Source: Elusimicrobiota bacterium
Lineage (GTDB): Bacteria; Elusimicrobiota; Elusimicrobia; UBA1565
Assembly: GCA_035536155.1 (NCBI GenBank)
Contig: DATLOS010000404.1
Coordinates: 1-29,525 of the forward strand
Direction: 5' to 3'
Length of the DNA stretch: 29,525 nucleotides
In this document: in pieces, positions 17,172 to 25,310 of the stretch
Layout of the letters: every line of letters starts with the position of its first letter
How positions within the stretch are numbered: position 1 is the stretch's first letter
Program-made: the position numbers and the translations under genes
Notes under the pieces: model-generated
Databases searched by the model: none
The model's input: only the letters and a program-made list of their open reading frames with translations
Told to the model about the DNA's origin: nothing

Positions 17172-17630
17172 ATGCAGACCGGCGACAAGAAGCTCCCAGC
17201 GAGTGAGAAGCTCCTCGTGAAGCGTCTCACCGAGAACGCTATCCTACCGGCGAGGGCGAGCCCCGGCGCGGCAGGCTACGACATCTCGAGCAACATCCGG
17301 GTGAGCATCGCTCCTTACGGCAAAGCCATCGTGTCGACTGGCATTGCGGTGACCGCGCCTCCCGGCACCTACGGGAGGCTCGCTCCCCGCAGCGGGTTCA
17401 CGTGGAACCACCACACGAGTCTGGAGGCCGGAGTGTGCGACCGCGATTACACCGGAGAGCTCAAGGTTGTCCTATTCAATCACAGCGACGCGACCGTCCT
17501 GATCGAAGCCGGGATGCGCATCGCACAGCTCATATTGGAGAGGGTGGCGACGCCCGAGGTCGAGGAGGTGACCGACCTGGAACCGAGCGCTCGCGGGGCT
17601 GGAGGGTTCGGGTCGACCGGTTCGACCTAG
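17172..17630 (+). CDS. dut: Trimeric dUTPase (152 aa)
   Basis: All five motifs present: AGYDI, GRLAPRSG, GVCDRDYTGE, RIAQLI and RGAGGFGSTG. GAATTGAA at 17146-17153. Confidence 0.97.
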   Translation: MQTGDKKLPASEKLLVKRLTENAILPARASPGAAGYDISSNIRVSIAPYGKAIVSTGIAVTAPPGTYGRLAPRSGFTWNHHTSLEAGVCDRDYTGELKVVLFNHSDATVLIEAGMRIAQLILERVATPEVEEVTDLEPSARGAGGFGSTGST

Positions 17631-17640
17631 AGCCCTCCGC

Positions 17641-17697
17641 CTTTTTGGCCCGGCTCTGCGAGGCTGCGGCCGATCCACATGCCATAGAACCAAAAAG
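17641..17697. terminator. Paired CTTTTTGG / CCAAAAAG poly-T termination signals between convergent genes
   Basis: One T5 tract per strand, each just past the corresponding stop codon. Confidence 0.6.
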
Positions 17698-17717
17698 CAG
17701 CCGGTGCGGCCCCCGAT

Positions 17718-18257
17718 TCAGGATATCACCACTCTGAACCGCTCGCTGAGTTCCTGCAGTTCCTGCTGGTGACGCAGCACGAGCTGCGTGACCCGCAGGT
17801 TCAGTTGCACACGCAAGCCGGCGATCCCCGTCGCATACAGTTCGCCGATGTTGGCACAGCTCGCGAGCTCCGCCGCCCCCGGCAATGGAGGGAGCTCTGG
17901 CGGGCTCGAGCTCAAGTCAATCACGTCCATGGCCGGAGGAGCCCTGGGCGGTTCGCATCGCCCGACAGCCGGTGCAGGTCTGACCGCCTCTGTCGGCAGA
18001 GCGGAGGCCGCGGAGCTCGGCGCTCGCCGTTTCGGTGCGCTTGAGTTCCGTCTCGATCGTTTTCGCGAGGACAGACTGAATCGTCGGTACTTGGCATACG
18101 GAGCGTGTTCGGGCCGTTTGCGCTCCGCGGTGGGCATCCCGTCCGGCTTGTGCGTGGCACAGAACTGCGCACAGCCCATCGTCCATCCGAACGAGGGGCG
18201 CTTAAGGCAACCCTCGAACCCGCATCGTCGAGAACTCTTATTGTGCTGGCTCGCCAT
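17718..18257 (-). CDS. Protein with one EsV-1-7-like Cys-rich repeat (179 aa)
   Basis: CGFEGCLKRPSFG....AQFCATHKPDGM fits the EsV-1-7 repeat pattern. AAATTGA upstream at 18281-18287. Confidence 0.7.
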   Translation of the reverse strand: MASQHNKSSRRCGFEGCLKRPSFGWTMGCAQFCATHKPDGMPTAERKRPEHAPYAKYRRFSLSSRKRSRRNSSAPKRRAPSSAASALPTEAVRPAPAVGRCEPPRAPPAMDVIDLSSSPPELPPLPGAAELASCANIGELYATGIAGLRVQLNLRVTQLVLRHQQELQELSERFRVVIS

Positions 18258-18280
18258 ATTGTTCCGGGCGGACCGGCCGA

Positions 18281-18287
18281 TCAATTT
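18281..18287 (-). promoter_or_regulatory. AAATTGA early-promoter-like element for 18257
   Basis: tcaattt on the plus strand, 23 nt before the minus-strand ATG, inside an 11-bp inverted repeat. Confidence 0.65.
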
Positions 18288-18338
18288 GGGCCCGCCGGGT
18301 TGATCGGCCGACCTGCGCGAAACAAAAACGCTGGTGGC

Positions 18339-19025
18339 CTACGCGAACTCGGTCTCGTCGTCGCCCCTGAAGAACACTCCATCGTCTCCGTCGAGGTCTG
18401 CGATCACCGGGGCTTTCGCCCCGTCGGCCGCCGTGATCCGCTCACGTTCGTCCTTCCAGGCCTGGAGCAGGTCCGGTTGTCGGCCCAGATAGTCGGCGAG
18501 GAGCGCGACGCTCTTGAAACGTCGGCGTGCCAAGTCTGCGAGCCTCGTGCCTCGGAGGATCGCCTTTAACAGCTTGCTGTCCTCCATGGCCGACGGCGCC
18601 TCGCGCGGCGGGCTCGGGCTCCGGGCGGCCGGGCCCGCGCGCTTGCGCGGCGGGCTCGGGCTCGGGCTCTGGGCGGACGGAGCCGGCCGCTTGCGTGGCG
18701 GGCTCGCTTCTCGCGCCATCGGGGCCGCCGGGTATTTATCGTCGTCTCCGGTCAGGTCGATATCGGGCGCCGAGTTGCCCGAGTTCACGGAGCTCGAGCG
18801 CCCGCCCCGGACGCGGCACGAGACGCGGCGCTTGCTCTCGCCCGGGGGCGCTTCCCCCTCGCGCGCTCGTCCCTCTCCGCTCGGAACAACACCGCTCCGG
18901 ATGTACTCATCGACAGCATCTCTGCGCTCCATCGCCGCCCCGCAGCACCTGCCACAGACGGCGCCGCCGTAGAGCTCGAGCGTGCGCTTGCGGTATGCTC
19001 TCCTGCAGCCCTTGCAGATCTCCAT
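18339..19025 (-). CDS. N-terminal Zn-ribbon protein with SP/basic low-complexity middle (228 aa)
   Basis: CKGC...CGRC, duplicated SPPRKR and DIDLTGDDD. AAAATGAA upstream at 19044-19051 and T5 at 18324-18328. Confidence 0.65.
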   Translation of the reverse strand: MEICKGCRRAYRKRTLELYGGAVCGRCCGAAMERRDAVDEYIRSGVVPSGEGRAREGEAPPGESKRRVSCRVRGGRSSSVNSGNSAPDIDLTGDDDKYPAAPMAREASPPRKRPAPSAQSPSPSPPRKRAGPAARSPSPPREAPSAMEDSKLLKAILRGTRLADLARRRFKSVALLADYLGRQPDLLQAWKDERERITAADGAKAPVIADLDGDDGVFFRGDDETEFA

Positions 19026-19176
19026 TGGATATATCTGGTCGCGTTCATTTTGGGCCAGGCTGACTGTTCCGATGCCGAGACGGACACGTATCAAGAGGGT
19101 TTCTCCGGAGGCCGGTGGCATAACGGCCGGCGTAATCGAGGAGCTGCAACAGATAGTCGCGTTTATTGGTTGTACG

Positions 19177-19728
19177 ATGCCGCGCCCCCTCCCGTGTCCG
19201 GGTTGCCACCAAACCGAGGGGCTCAAGGTATGCGCGAGGTGCAAGCGGGTCGGCTACTGCGGGCCGGAGCACCAGAAGGCGCACTGGGGCGAGCACAAAA
19301 GATTGTGCGCCGACCCGGGCGACCGCCCGCGATGCCTGCAGAGGGAGGTCCCCGACGGGAAACTCGCGTGGATCATCGTGTTCAACGCGGGGGTGGAGCA
19401 CAAGCGGGAGACGGCCGAGACCATCGTGGCGCACGCGAGGCGCCTCGGCGCGCTGCCGGAAGGCCGCGAGGCCGCGGTCCACTTTGCCGCGCCGAACCTC
19501 GGAATGGCGACGTTGGCGCCCCTCCAGACCGCGGCCCGGACCGTCGTCGTCGGGCGGGCACTCCGCGCCCAGGCGCTGGCCGACGCGCTCAGCCAGGCCA
19601 TCCGCGACGGGACCAGCACATTCGTGCACGATTTCCTCGCCGCGGACGGGTCGGCGATCTCGACGTGGAGCGTCGCCAGCGGGCGGATCCTCTCCGGCGG
19701 CGCGGGCGCCGATCAGGGGCCGTCGTAG
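19177..19728 (+). CDS. MYND finger protein (183 aa; alternative start at 19072)
   Basis: CPGC..CARCKRVGYCGPEHQKAHWGEHKRLC fits the MYND consensus. Confidence 0.8.
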   Translation: MPRPLPCPGCHQTEGLKVCARCKRVGYCGPEHQKAHWGEHKRLCADPGDRPRCLQREVPDGKLAWIIVFNAGVEHKRETAETIVAHARRLGALPEGREAAVHFAAPNLGMATLAPLQTAARTVVVGRALRAQALADALSQAIRDGTSTFVHDFLAADGSAISTWSVASGRILSGGAGADQGPS

Positions 19729-20327
19729 ATCACGCCGAAACACGAGGTGACGGTGGTGCCGTCGCAGAGGATCCGTATGGTGACGCCGCTCGTCTGGGCC
19801 CCCGCCAGGCTCACGACGTCGCCCTGGTTCAGCCGGAGCGTCATCGAGCCGTTGCACGAGGTGGTGGCGCCGACCAGCCCGGTCGTGGACGCGTCGGCGA
19901 ACGGGCGGGTCGTGCCTGGCGCGGCGGAGTTCACCTCGAACCAGACATCGCGGAAGCCGGTGGCGGACAAATCGGGAAACCAAGAGACCTGGAACTCGAC
20001 CCGATACATCCCGCTTTTGGGCACCGTGAGAGCCGACGTGGGGAGATTCACGGTCCCCCAACCGGAGGTCGCGGCGCCGCCTCTGGCGCGCGCCGTGTCG
20101 AGCGCGTTGAACATGATACTCGTGTTGGTCGCGTTCAGGACATTCTGTGTCGTGGTGCTCTGGATGAACGCGTAAACCGGCGTATTTTTGACATCGCCGG
20201 CGAGGGTGATCGTGGCCGGCGACGTCGAGTTGTCGACGACCAGCGCGTCCCCGCGCCCGATCGAGATCCGCGGCGTGGCCGGGAGGTTCCCCAGGTAGAG
20301 CGTTCCGGGTGTGTTGACACCCGCCAT
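19713..20327 (-). CDS. C1q/TNF-like beta-sandwich protein, copy 1 (possible fibre head, 204 aa)
   Basis: Beta-strand pattern I.FN...LTVPKSGMYRVEFQVSW...LRLNQGDVVSL is typical of gC1q-like domains. Confidence 0.7.
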   Translation of the reverse strand: MAGVNTPGTLYLGNLPATPRISIGRGDALVVDNSTSPATITLAGDVKNTPVYAFIQSTTTQNVLNATNTSIMFNALDTARARGGAATSGWGTVNLPTSALTVPKSGMYRVEFQVSWFPDLSATGFRDVWFEVNSAAPGTTRPFADASTTGLVGATTSCNGSMTLRLNQGDVVSLAGAQTSGVTIRILCDGTTVTSCFGVIYDGP

Positions 20328-20458
20328 GCGCTGATACTCCTGCAGAAACAGAGCGGCGCGCCTGCAGGGTGGCCGGCAGTGGCGCGCAACTGCCGGGCCG
20401 CTCTGCCGTCCGGGGCGGATCCGCGGCCAGGGACCGCCCTCGGCGGCGTTCGCGCCGG

Positions 20459-21058
20459 TCAGGGGCAGATGTAGGCCAGAGCGAGGCGCGCAACAATCGC
20501 GGTGTCGGCGCCGAGGGCCTGCGCGACGACCAGGCGTACAGTGTCACCCCGGTCCAGCCGGAGATGCGCGGTGCCGATGCACGGAGCGGTGACACCGACC
20601 AGCCCTACCATAGTCATCTCGGCGGCCCGGCGAGCCTCGATCCGCCCAGCCGTGGGCGCTCCGGTGGACCGGCAAGCCGTGCCAATCGTGGCCGAGTTCA
20701 CCTCGATCCAGATGCTGCGGCCACCGGTGGCGACCCCCTTGGGTCGCCAAGAGGCTTGGTACTCGACCCAGTACACCCCGCTCTTAGGCGCCGCGAAGGC
20801 TGACGCGGGGAGCTCCACAGGGCCCCAGCCGGAGGTCCCGCCGGTGTCGAGTGCGTCGAATATGGCGCTCGTGTGGGCGGCGTGCGGGACATCCTGGGGC
20901 GCGGTGTGCCGGAGGGACACGAACGCTGGCGCGTCCTTGGTTTCGGCGGATCGCCACAGCCGGCAGATCACGCCGTCTGCGGCTGGGATGTCGCCGGCCG
21001 ACGCGGTCGGCAAACCCCCAGACAAAGGGCCCTCAAGCGGGGCAGCATTCTTCGCCAT
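20459..21058 (-). CDS. C1q/TNF-like beta-sandwich protein, copy 2 (199 aa)
   Basis: Paralog of 19713-20327 (FDALDT..TSGWG.V.LP.SA...PKSG.Y.VE.Q.SW; LRLDRGDTVRL). Confidence 0.7.
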   Translation of the reverse strand: MAKNAAPLEGPLSGGLPTASAGDIPAADGVICRLWRSAETKDAPAFVSLRHTAPQDVPHAAHTSAIFDALDTGGTSGWGPVELPASAFAAPKSGVYWVEYQASWRPKGVATGGRSIWIEVNSATIGTACRSTGAPTAGRIEARRAAEMTMVGLVGVTAPCIGTAHLRLDRGDTVRLVVAQALGADTAIVARLALAYICP

Positions 21059-21095
21059 TCGGTTGTCCGGGCCGGCCCCATCCAAAAAGGCGAGC

Positions 21096-21530
21096 TCACA
21101 AGGCGCCCAGACTGTCCCCTTCCCGCCACAAGAGCCGGCCCTGCTTGCAGCACGTGAGGATCGGCACGTGCGCCCCGTCGCGCCGGAAGAGAGCTCCGCT
21201 GGTCACGAGGCACGAGAGGCAGCGGACGCGGACCAGCAGGACCTCTCCGGCCCGCAAGACCACGAACTCCGCGTCCGGGGCGCCCACGAGGCGGACCGGT
21301 TGGCCGTCGAAGCTGAAGTCCCAGTAGCGCAGTCGCTTGCAGGGGAGACAGCCGACGGCCGCGCCCTCAGTCGTGGCGAAGGCGTTGGCGTCCGCGGGCG
21401 ACGCAAAGGCATCGACAGCGCAGCGCTTGCAGTCGGGCTGAGCGACGATCCCGCCGCGGGTGACGAGCCGAGCCGAGAACGGCGCCGGGCAGCGGGCCTC
21501 TCGTTTCGCTTTCCTGGCTCGTGTTTCCAT
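21096..21530 (-). CDS. Small Cys-rich hypothetical protein (144 aa)
   Basis: CKRC, CLPC, CLSC and TCC. GAATTGAA 19 nt upstream and T5 at 21084-21088 right after the stop. Confidence 0.6.
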   Translation of the reverse strand: METRARKAKREARCPAPFSARLVTRGGIVAQPDCKRCAVDAFASPADANAFATTEGAAVGCLPCKRLRYWDFSFDGQPVRLVGAPDAEFVVLRAGEVLLVRVRCLSCLVTSGALFRRDGAHVPILTCCKQGRLLWREGDSLGAL

Positions 21531-21550
21531 GTTGGCCTCCCCTGCGGTTT

Positions 21551-22348
21551 TCAATTCCGGGGGCAAAAGAGGCGGCCGCCCCGCGCGGCCGGCCGCGGCC
21601 CCGCGCGCGAGGGAAGCCCCTTCAAGACCGGAAACGGGACGAACTCCTGGCAGTAGAAGCAGCCGAGCCAAGGGATCTCCACGCACTGGCACCGCAGCCC
21701 GACGCCGCGCCCTGAACACCCGGGGCACAGCGCCTTCTGCTGCGCGAGGGCCATCAGCCTGCCGCAGGAGCCACACGGGCGCGGATGCCAGGCCACGTAC
21801 TGCGCGGCGTCCTGGTACCAGGTCTGGCGCGCGAGCTCCAGCGCGCCCCGGTTCCGCGCGTCGCACTGGGCGAGCGCGAAGGCGAGCCGCGGCGCGGCCT
21901 GCGTGCCAGGGGCCCACAGCCTCTGGCGCAGGCACAGGCTGCAGTCCGAATGGTCGCCGGCGCGGCCCGGCGGCGGGCCCAGCAGGTAGCCTCGGCCGAG
22001 GACGAGCCCGAAGGTCGGCTCGTACGCCATCACCAGCCCGACCAGGGCCGCGGGAAGCCGCGCCGCCGTCCCCACCGCGGCGGGGCGGGTGGCGAGCTCC
22101 CGGCCGTAGACGCGCCGCCGCCTGGCCTGCTCCCGGCACACGCCCGCGCCCGGGAGGCCGACCGGATGGAACGGGCGCGCGGTCGCGAAGATCTCGCAGA
22201 GCGAGCCTGTCGCGGGGCAGCCGTTGCAGGCGAACTCGTCGCCCCGCGCGGTCCAGCCGTACCGCTCCAGGACCTCGCGGCCCCAGGCGCACACAGCGGC
22301 GGCCAGGGCCTCGGCCGACTCCGGCAGGTCGACGGAGCGTAGCGCCAT
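21551..22348 (-). CDS. Cys-rich multi-Zn-ribbon hypothetical protein (265 aa)
   Basis: Several CxxC pairs (CNGC, CSLC, CGSC, CPGC, CFYC). AAAAACTGAA 18 nt upstream. Confidence 0.6.
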   Translation of the reverse strand: MALRSVDLPESAEALAAAVCAWGREVLERYGWTARGDEFACNGCPATGSLCEIFATARPFHPVGLPGAGVCREQARRRRVYGRELATRPAAVGTAARLPAALVGLVMAYEPTFGLVLGRGYLLGPPPGRAGDHSDCSLCLRQRLWAPGTQAAPRLAFALAQCDARNRGALELARQTWYQDAAQYVAWHPRPCGSCGRLMALAQQKALCPGCSGRGVGLRCQCVEIPWLGCFYCQEFVPFPVLKGLPSRAGPRPAARGGRLFCPRN

Positions 22349-22410
22349 TGTCTGCCGCCGCGCCGGTTCAGTTTTGGGGCGGGCGGTTTGAACCGCCCCG
22401 CGGCAGAGCA

Positions 22411-23943
22411 ATGGCCTCGACCGCACCGATCGCAGACGTGGGCGCCGCAATCGCGGCCGGCCGGATGCCCGGCGCCTTCAACGAAGAGCGGACAGTCTAC
22501 GCCTTCCCGCGGCTGGACTACCGCGACTCGCGCGGCGCGCCGCGGGCCTGGACGATCCGGGTGCGCCTCCTGCGCGGCGAGGCGCCGGTGCCGGTCACGC
22601 CGGCGATGCTGGCCCGGCCGTCGCCGCCCCTCCCGGGCCTCCGGGCGGAGATCCTCGTCGAGGCGCAGCAGGTCGGCGGGAAGGTCCTCCCAGCCCAGCC
22701 GACCTACGTCGCGGCCGGCAAGAACCTCGGGCGGAGCAACGCGACGAACGCGATCACCCAGGCCCTCCGCGACGCCCTGGGCCTCTACAACACGCACAAG
22801 CGCCGGGCCGACGCGCGGCTCGCGGTCGCGCCCGTCCGCGCGCCGAAGGCCGGGCAGGCCGCCGCGCCGGCGCCGGCCGGGGACCAGAAGCGGCCGCCCG
22901 AGCGCCCCCTGCCGATGCTGGCGTCGAAGGTCGGCCAGACGAGCAGGGCGGTCCTGGGCCCCGCCGACTTCAAGGAGGGGGTCACGGTGCAGCGGAAGCT
23001 CAACGGGGTGCGCCAGGTGGCTTTCCTGCGCCCGGACCGGGGGCTGGACCGGTACTCCCGGACCGGCGCGGCCTACGTGGGCCAGCCCGAGCTGGCCGCC
23101 GAGCTCGCCGCGTTCCTCGGGGCGGCGAGGGCCGACCCGCTCGAGTGCGGGGTGCCGGCGGCGGCCGCCGCGGCGTACGCCGGCGCGGTGCCGTACCTGG
23201 ACGGCGAGCTGTTCGTCCCGGGCAAGGACCTGAACTGGATCTCGGGCCAGGCCCGCCGCTGCGAGAAGGCCGGCCAGTCCCTCGAGTTCCACGTCTTCGA
23301 CGTGTTCTTCCCGGCGGCGATCGCCCGGGGGCACAACATGGCGAGCCGCTGCCGCCAGCGCTACCTCTCGGCGCTGTTCGCCGGCCCGGCGCCGCCCCAC
23401 GTCCGCCGCGTCGAAGGCCTGCGGGCGGGCAGCCAGGGGGATCTGGACCGCCTGACCCAGGCCTTCCTCGCCGAGGGCTACGAGGGGGCCATCGCGCGCA
23501 AGGACGCCGCGGGCTACGAGTACGGCGCGGGCAACCACCGCTCGCCGGCGCTCCTCAAGCTCAAGCCGACCTTCGACGCCGAGTTCAAGGTCGTCGGCTT
23601 CGCGCAGGGTACGCGGGGCAAGGACGTCGGCGCGATCCTCTGGGTCTGCCGGACGGACGGGGGCCGCGAGTTCACGGTCACGCCCAAGGACATGACCTAC
23701 GAGGAGCGCCAGAAGCTCTACCGCTGCCTCGGCCAGCGGGTGACCGGCGCCGACGGCCGGCCGCTCACGCGCTTCGACCGCGACCTGAAGGGCAAGCCGC
23801 TGACCGTGCAGTACCAGGAGCTCTCGGCAAAAACGGGCGTCCCCCTCCGCGCGAAGGCGCTGGCCTTCCGGACGTACGAGGCCGGCCCCGCGGCCGACCC
23901 CGTGCGCGCCCTGTTCGCCGAGTGTCTCGGCCGGCCGGCCTAG
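22411..23943 (+). CDS. NP419L: ATP-dependent DNA ligase, ASFV NP419L type (510 aa)
   Basis: VQRKLNGVR (motif I), YLDGELF, FHVFDVF, EGYEGAI, LLKLKP, plus asfarvirus-type GKNLGRSNATN, TQG..GKDVGAILWVC and ELSAKTGVP. The real start is internal to the 21460 ORF. Confidence 0.97.
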   Translation: MASTAPIADVGAAIAAGRMPGAFNEERTVYAFPRLDYRDSRGAPRAWTIRVRLLRGEAPVPVTPAMLARPSPPLPGLRAEILVEAQQVGGKVLPAQPTYVAAGKNLGRSNATNAITQALRDALGLYNTHKRRADARLAVAPVRAPKAGQAAAPAPAGDQKRPPERPLPMLASKVGQTSRAVLGPADFKEGVTVQRKLNGVRQVAFLRPDRGLDRYSRTGAAYVGQPELAAELAAFLGAARADPLECGVPAAAAAAYAGAVPYLDGELFVPGKDLNWISGQARRCEKAGQSLEFHVFDVFFPAAIARGHNMASRCRQRYLSALFAGPAPPHVRRVEGLRAGSQGDLDRLTQAFLAEGYEGAIARKDAAGYEYGAGNHRSPALLKLKPTFDAEFKVVGFAQGTRGKDVGAILWVCRTDGGREFTVTPKDMTYEERQKLYRCLGQRVTGADGRPLTRFDRDLKGKPLTVQYQELSAKTGVPLRAKALAFRTYEAGPAADPVRALFAECLGRPA

Positions 23944-25310
23944 CCCGGCCCCGCGCGCGCGGGGAGCCCGGCGGCCGCGCGGAGGGCGGCGACCTCGGCG
24001 GGGAGCGCCGCGCACGTCTCGCGGTGGACGCCCCGGTCGGCGGCCGCGCAGGGCGGGCCGCAGTAGAGGCTCGCGCGGCAGTGGCTGCATCTTTTTGGCT
24101 TGGCGGCCCCGCAGACGACGCAGGCGTGCGCGGCGGGGAGGTCCCAGTCGGCGCGCACCGCCTCGGCCGGCGCGAACCGCCGCACCTGGAGGCACTCGGG
24201 CGCGCCCTGCGCGCTCGCGAGCTCGAGCCAGCGCCCCAGGTCCGAGGCCTCCGGCCAGAGCCGCCCCAGGGCCCGGAGCGCCTCGACTCGGCCGCCGCTC
24301 GAGGGCGGCCGGCCGTCGAACCAGATGACCCCGCCGTCGCCCTTCAGCTCGCGCTTCATGGGGACGCAGACGTGGAAGACCCCGGCCTGCCGCAGGACGA
24401 GAGGGAGCGGGCGGAAGTCCGACTCTCTGGTCGCCACCTCGGCCAGGTAGTAGGCGAGGAGCGCGGCGTGCGCGGCCGGCGTCTCCCGGTCGAGGAGCGC
24501 CCGCTCGACCCAGAACGCGGGGCCGTAGGCGGCGAGCAGCGGCTCGCCCGCCCGGATGCGCCGCAGGGCGACGACCCGCAGGCGCCCCTCCGCTTCCCGG
24601 AGGCCGACGTTGATCGCCGCCGACAGCCCGGCGGCCTTCGTGTACTGGAGCCGCCAGGACGCGACCGCGAGCGCGTGGCGGCACGCGGCCAGGCGCAGGA
24701 TCAGCGCCGGCGGCGCGAAGTCGTTCACGAGGCAGCCGCTCCGGTAGTCGGTCGCGTCGCCGACGTAGACGGCCCCGCTGTGCGCGAAGTACGCGTGGTC
24801 GAAGCGCTCGACGACCGGCGCCCAGTCGGCCTTCGTCGCCGCGCGCGCCTTCTCCGGCGTGAAGTAGCGCGGGCCGAACTCGCAGACGAGGTCGCCGGGC
24901 GCGAAGGCCTGCCCGGCCGCGAGCCCGCAGCCGCGGCCGCCCTGGTCTCCGACGAGGGTGGTCCGGCCGGCCCCGTGCGTGTCCTGGCCCTCGACGGGGG
25001 AGGGCTCGGCGAGCGGAGCGCTCTGGCCCCCGACGGGGAGCGCGCGCTGCGCGCCAAAGATTTCTTCGGCGCGCTGCAGGCGGCTGCCCGTCCAGCCGCC
25101 ACTGCGGTGATGCGAGTCGAGCAAGGACGACGTGAAGGGCTCGCTAATAGCTTGGGCTCCGCGGACGGGCCCAGTCGGCCCTCCGGCGCCGGATCCGCCG
25201 CGGCCCCGCCCTTCAGCGCCGGCGCGTAGGGTGGGCGGGCGGACCGGGCGGCGCCCTAGCCGCCCGGCCGCCTGTTCCGCGCCCCCCTTCGAATCCCGGA
25301 ATGGTTCCAT
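23940..25310 (-). CDS. SET-domain protein with C-terminal MYND finger (456 aa)
   Basis: GCGLAAGQAFAPGDLVCEF, GCLVND and INV...RVVALRRIRAGEPLLAAYGPAFW are SET motifs. CVVC..CSHC...YC...C......H...C is a MYND finger. GTTTGAAA upstream. Confidence 0.8.
   Translation of the reverse strand: MEPFRDSKGGAEQAAGRLGRRPVRPPTLRAGAEGRGRGGSGAGGPTGPVRGAQAISEPFTSSLLDSHHRSGGWTGSRLQRAEEIFGAQRALPVGGQSAPLAEPSPVEGQDTHGAGRTTLVGDQGGRGCGLAAGQAFAPGDLVCEFGPRYFTPEKARAATKADWAPVVERFDHAYFAHSGAVYVGDATDYRSGCLVNDFAPPALILRLAACRHALAVASWRLQYTKAAGLSAAINVGLREAEGRLRVVALRRIRAGEPLLAAYGPAFWVERALLDRETPAAHAALLAYYLAEVATRESDFRPLPLVLRQAGVFHVCVPMKRELKGDGGVIWFDGRPPSSGGRVEALRALGRLWPEASDLGRWLELASAQGAPECLQVRRFAPAEAVRADWDLPAAHACVVCGAAKPKRCSHCRASLYCGPPCAAADRGVHRETCAALPAEVAALRAAAGLPARAGPG
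24092..24096 (+). terminator. T5 tract probably terminating the ligase transcript, inside the antisense SET gene
   Basis: TTTTTGG about 150 nt after the ligase stop. The reciprocal A5 at 23829-23833 lies inside the ligase. Confidence 0.55.

Noticed and set aside
21460-22410. 317-aa N-terminal extension of the ligase suggested by the ORF track
   Set aside because: Low-complexity translation antisense to two better-supported genes. Homology and the TTTGAA element point to ATG 22411.
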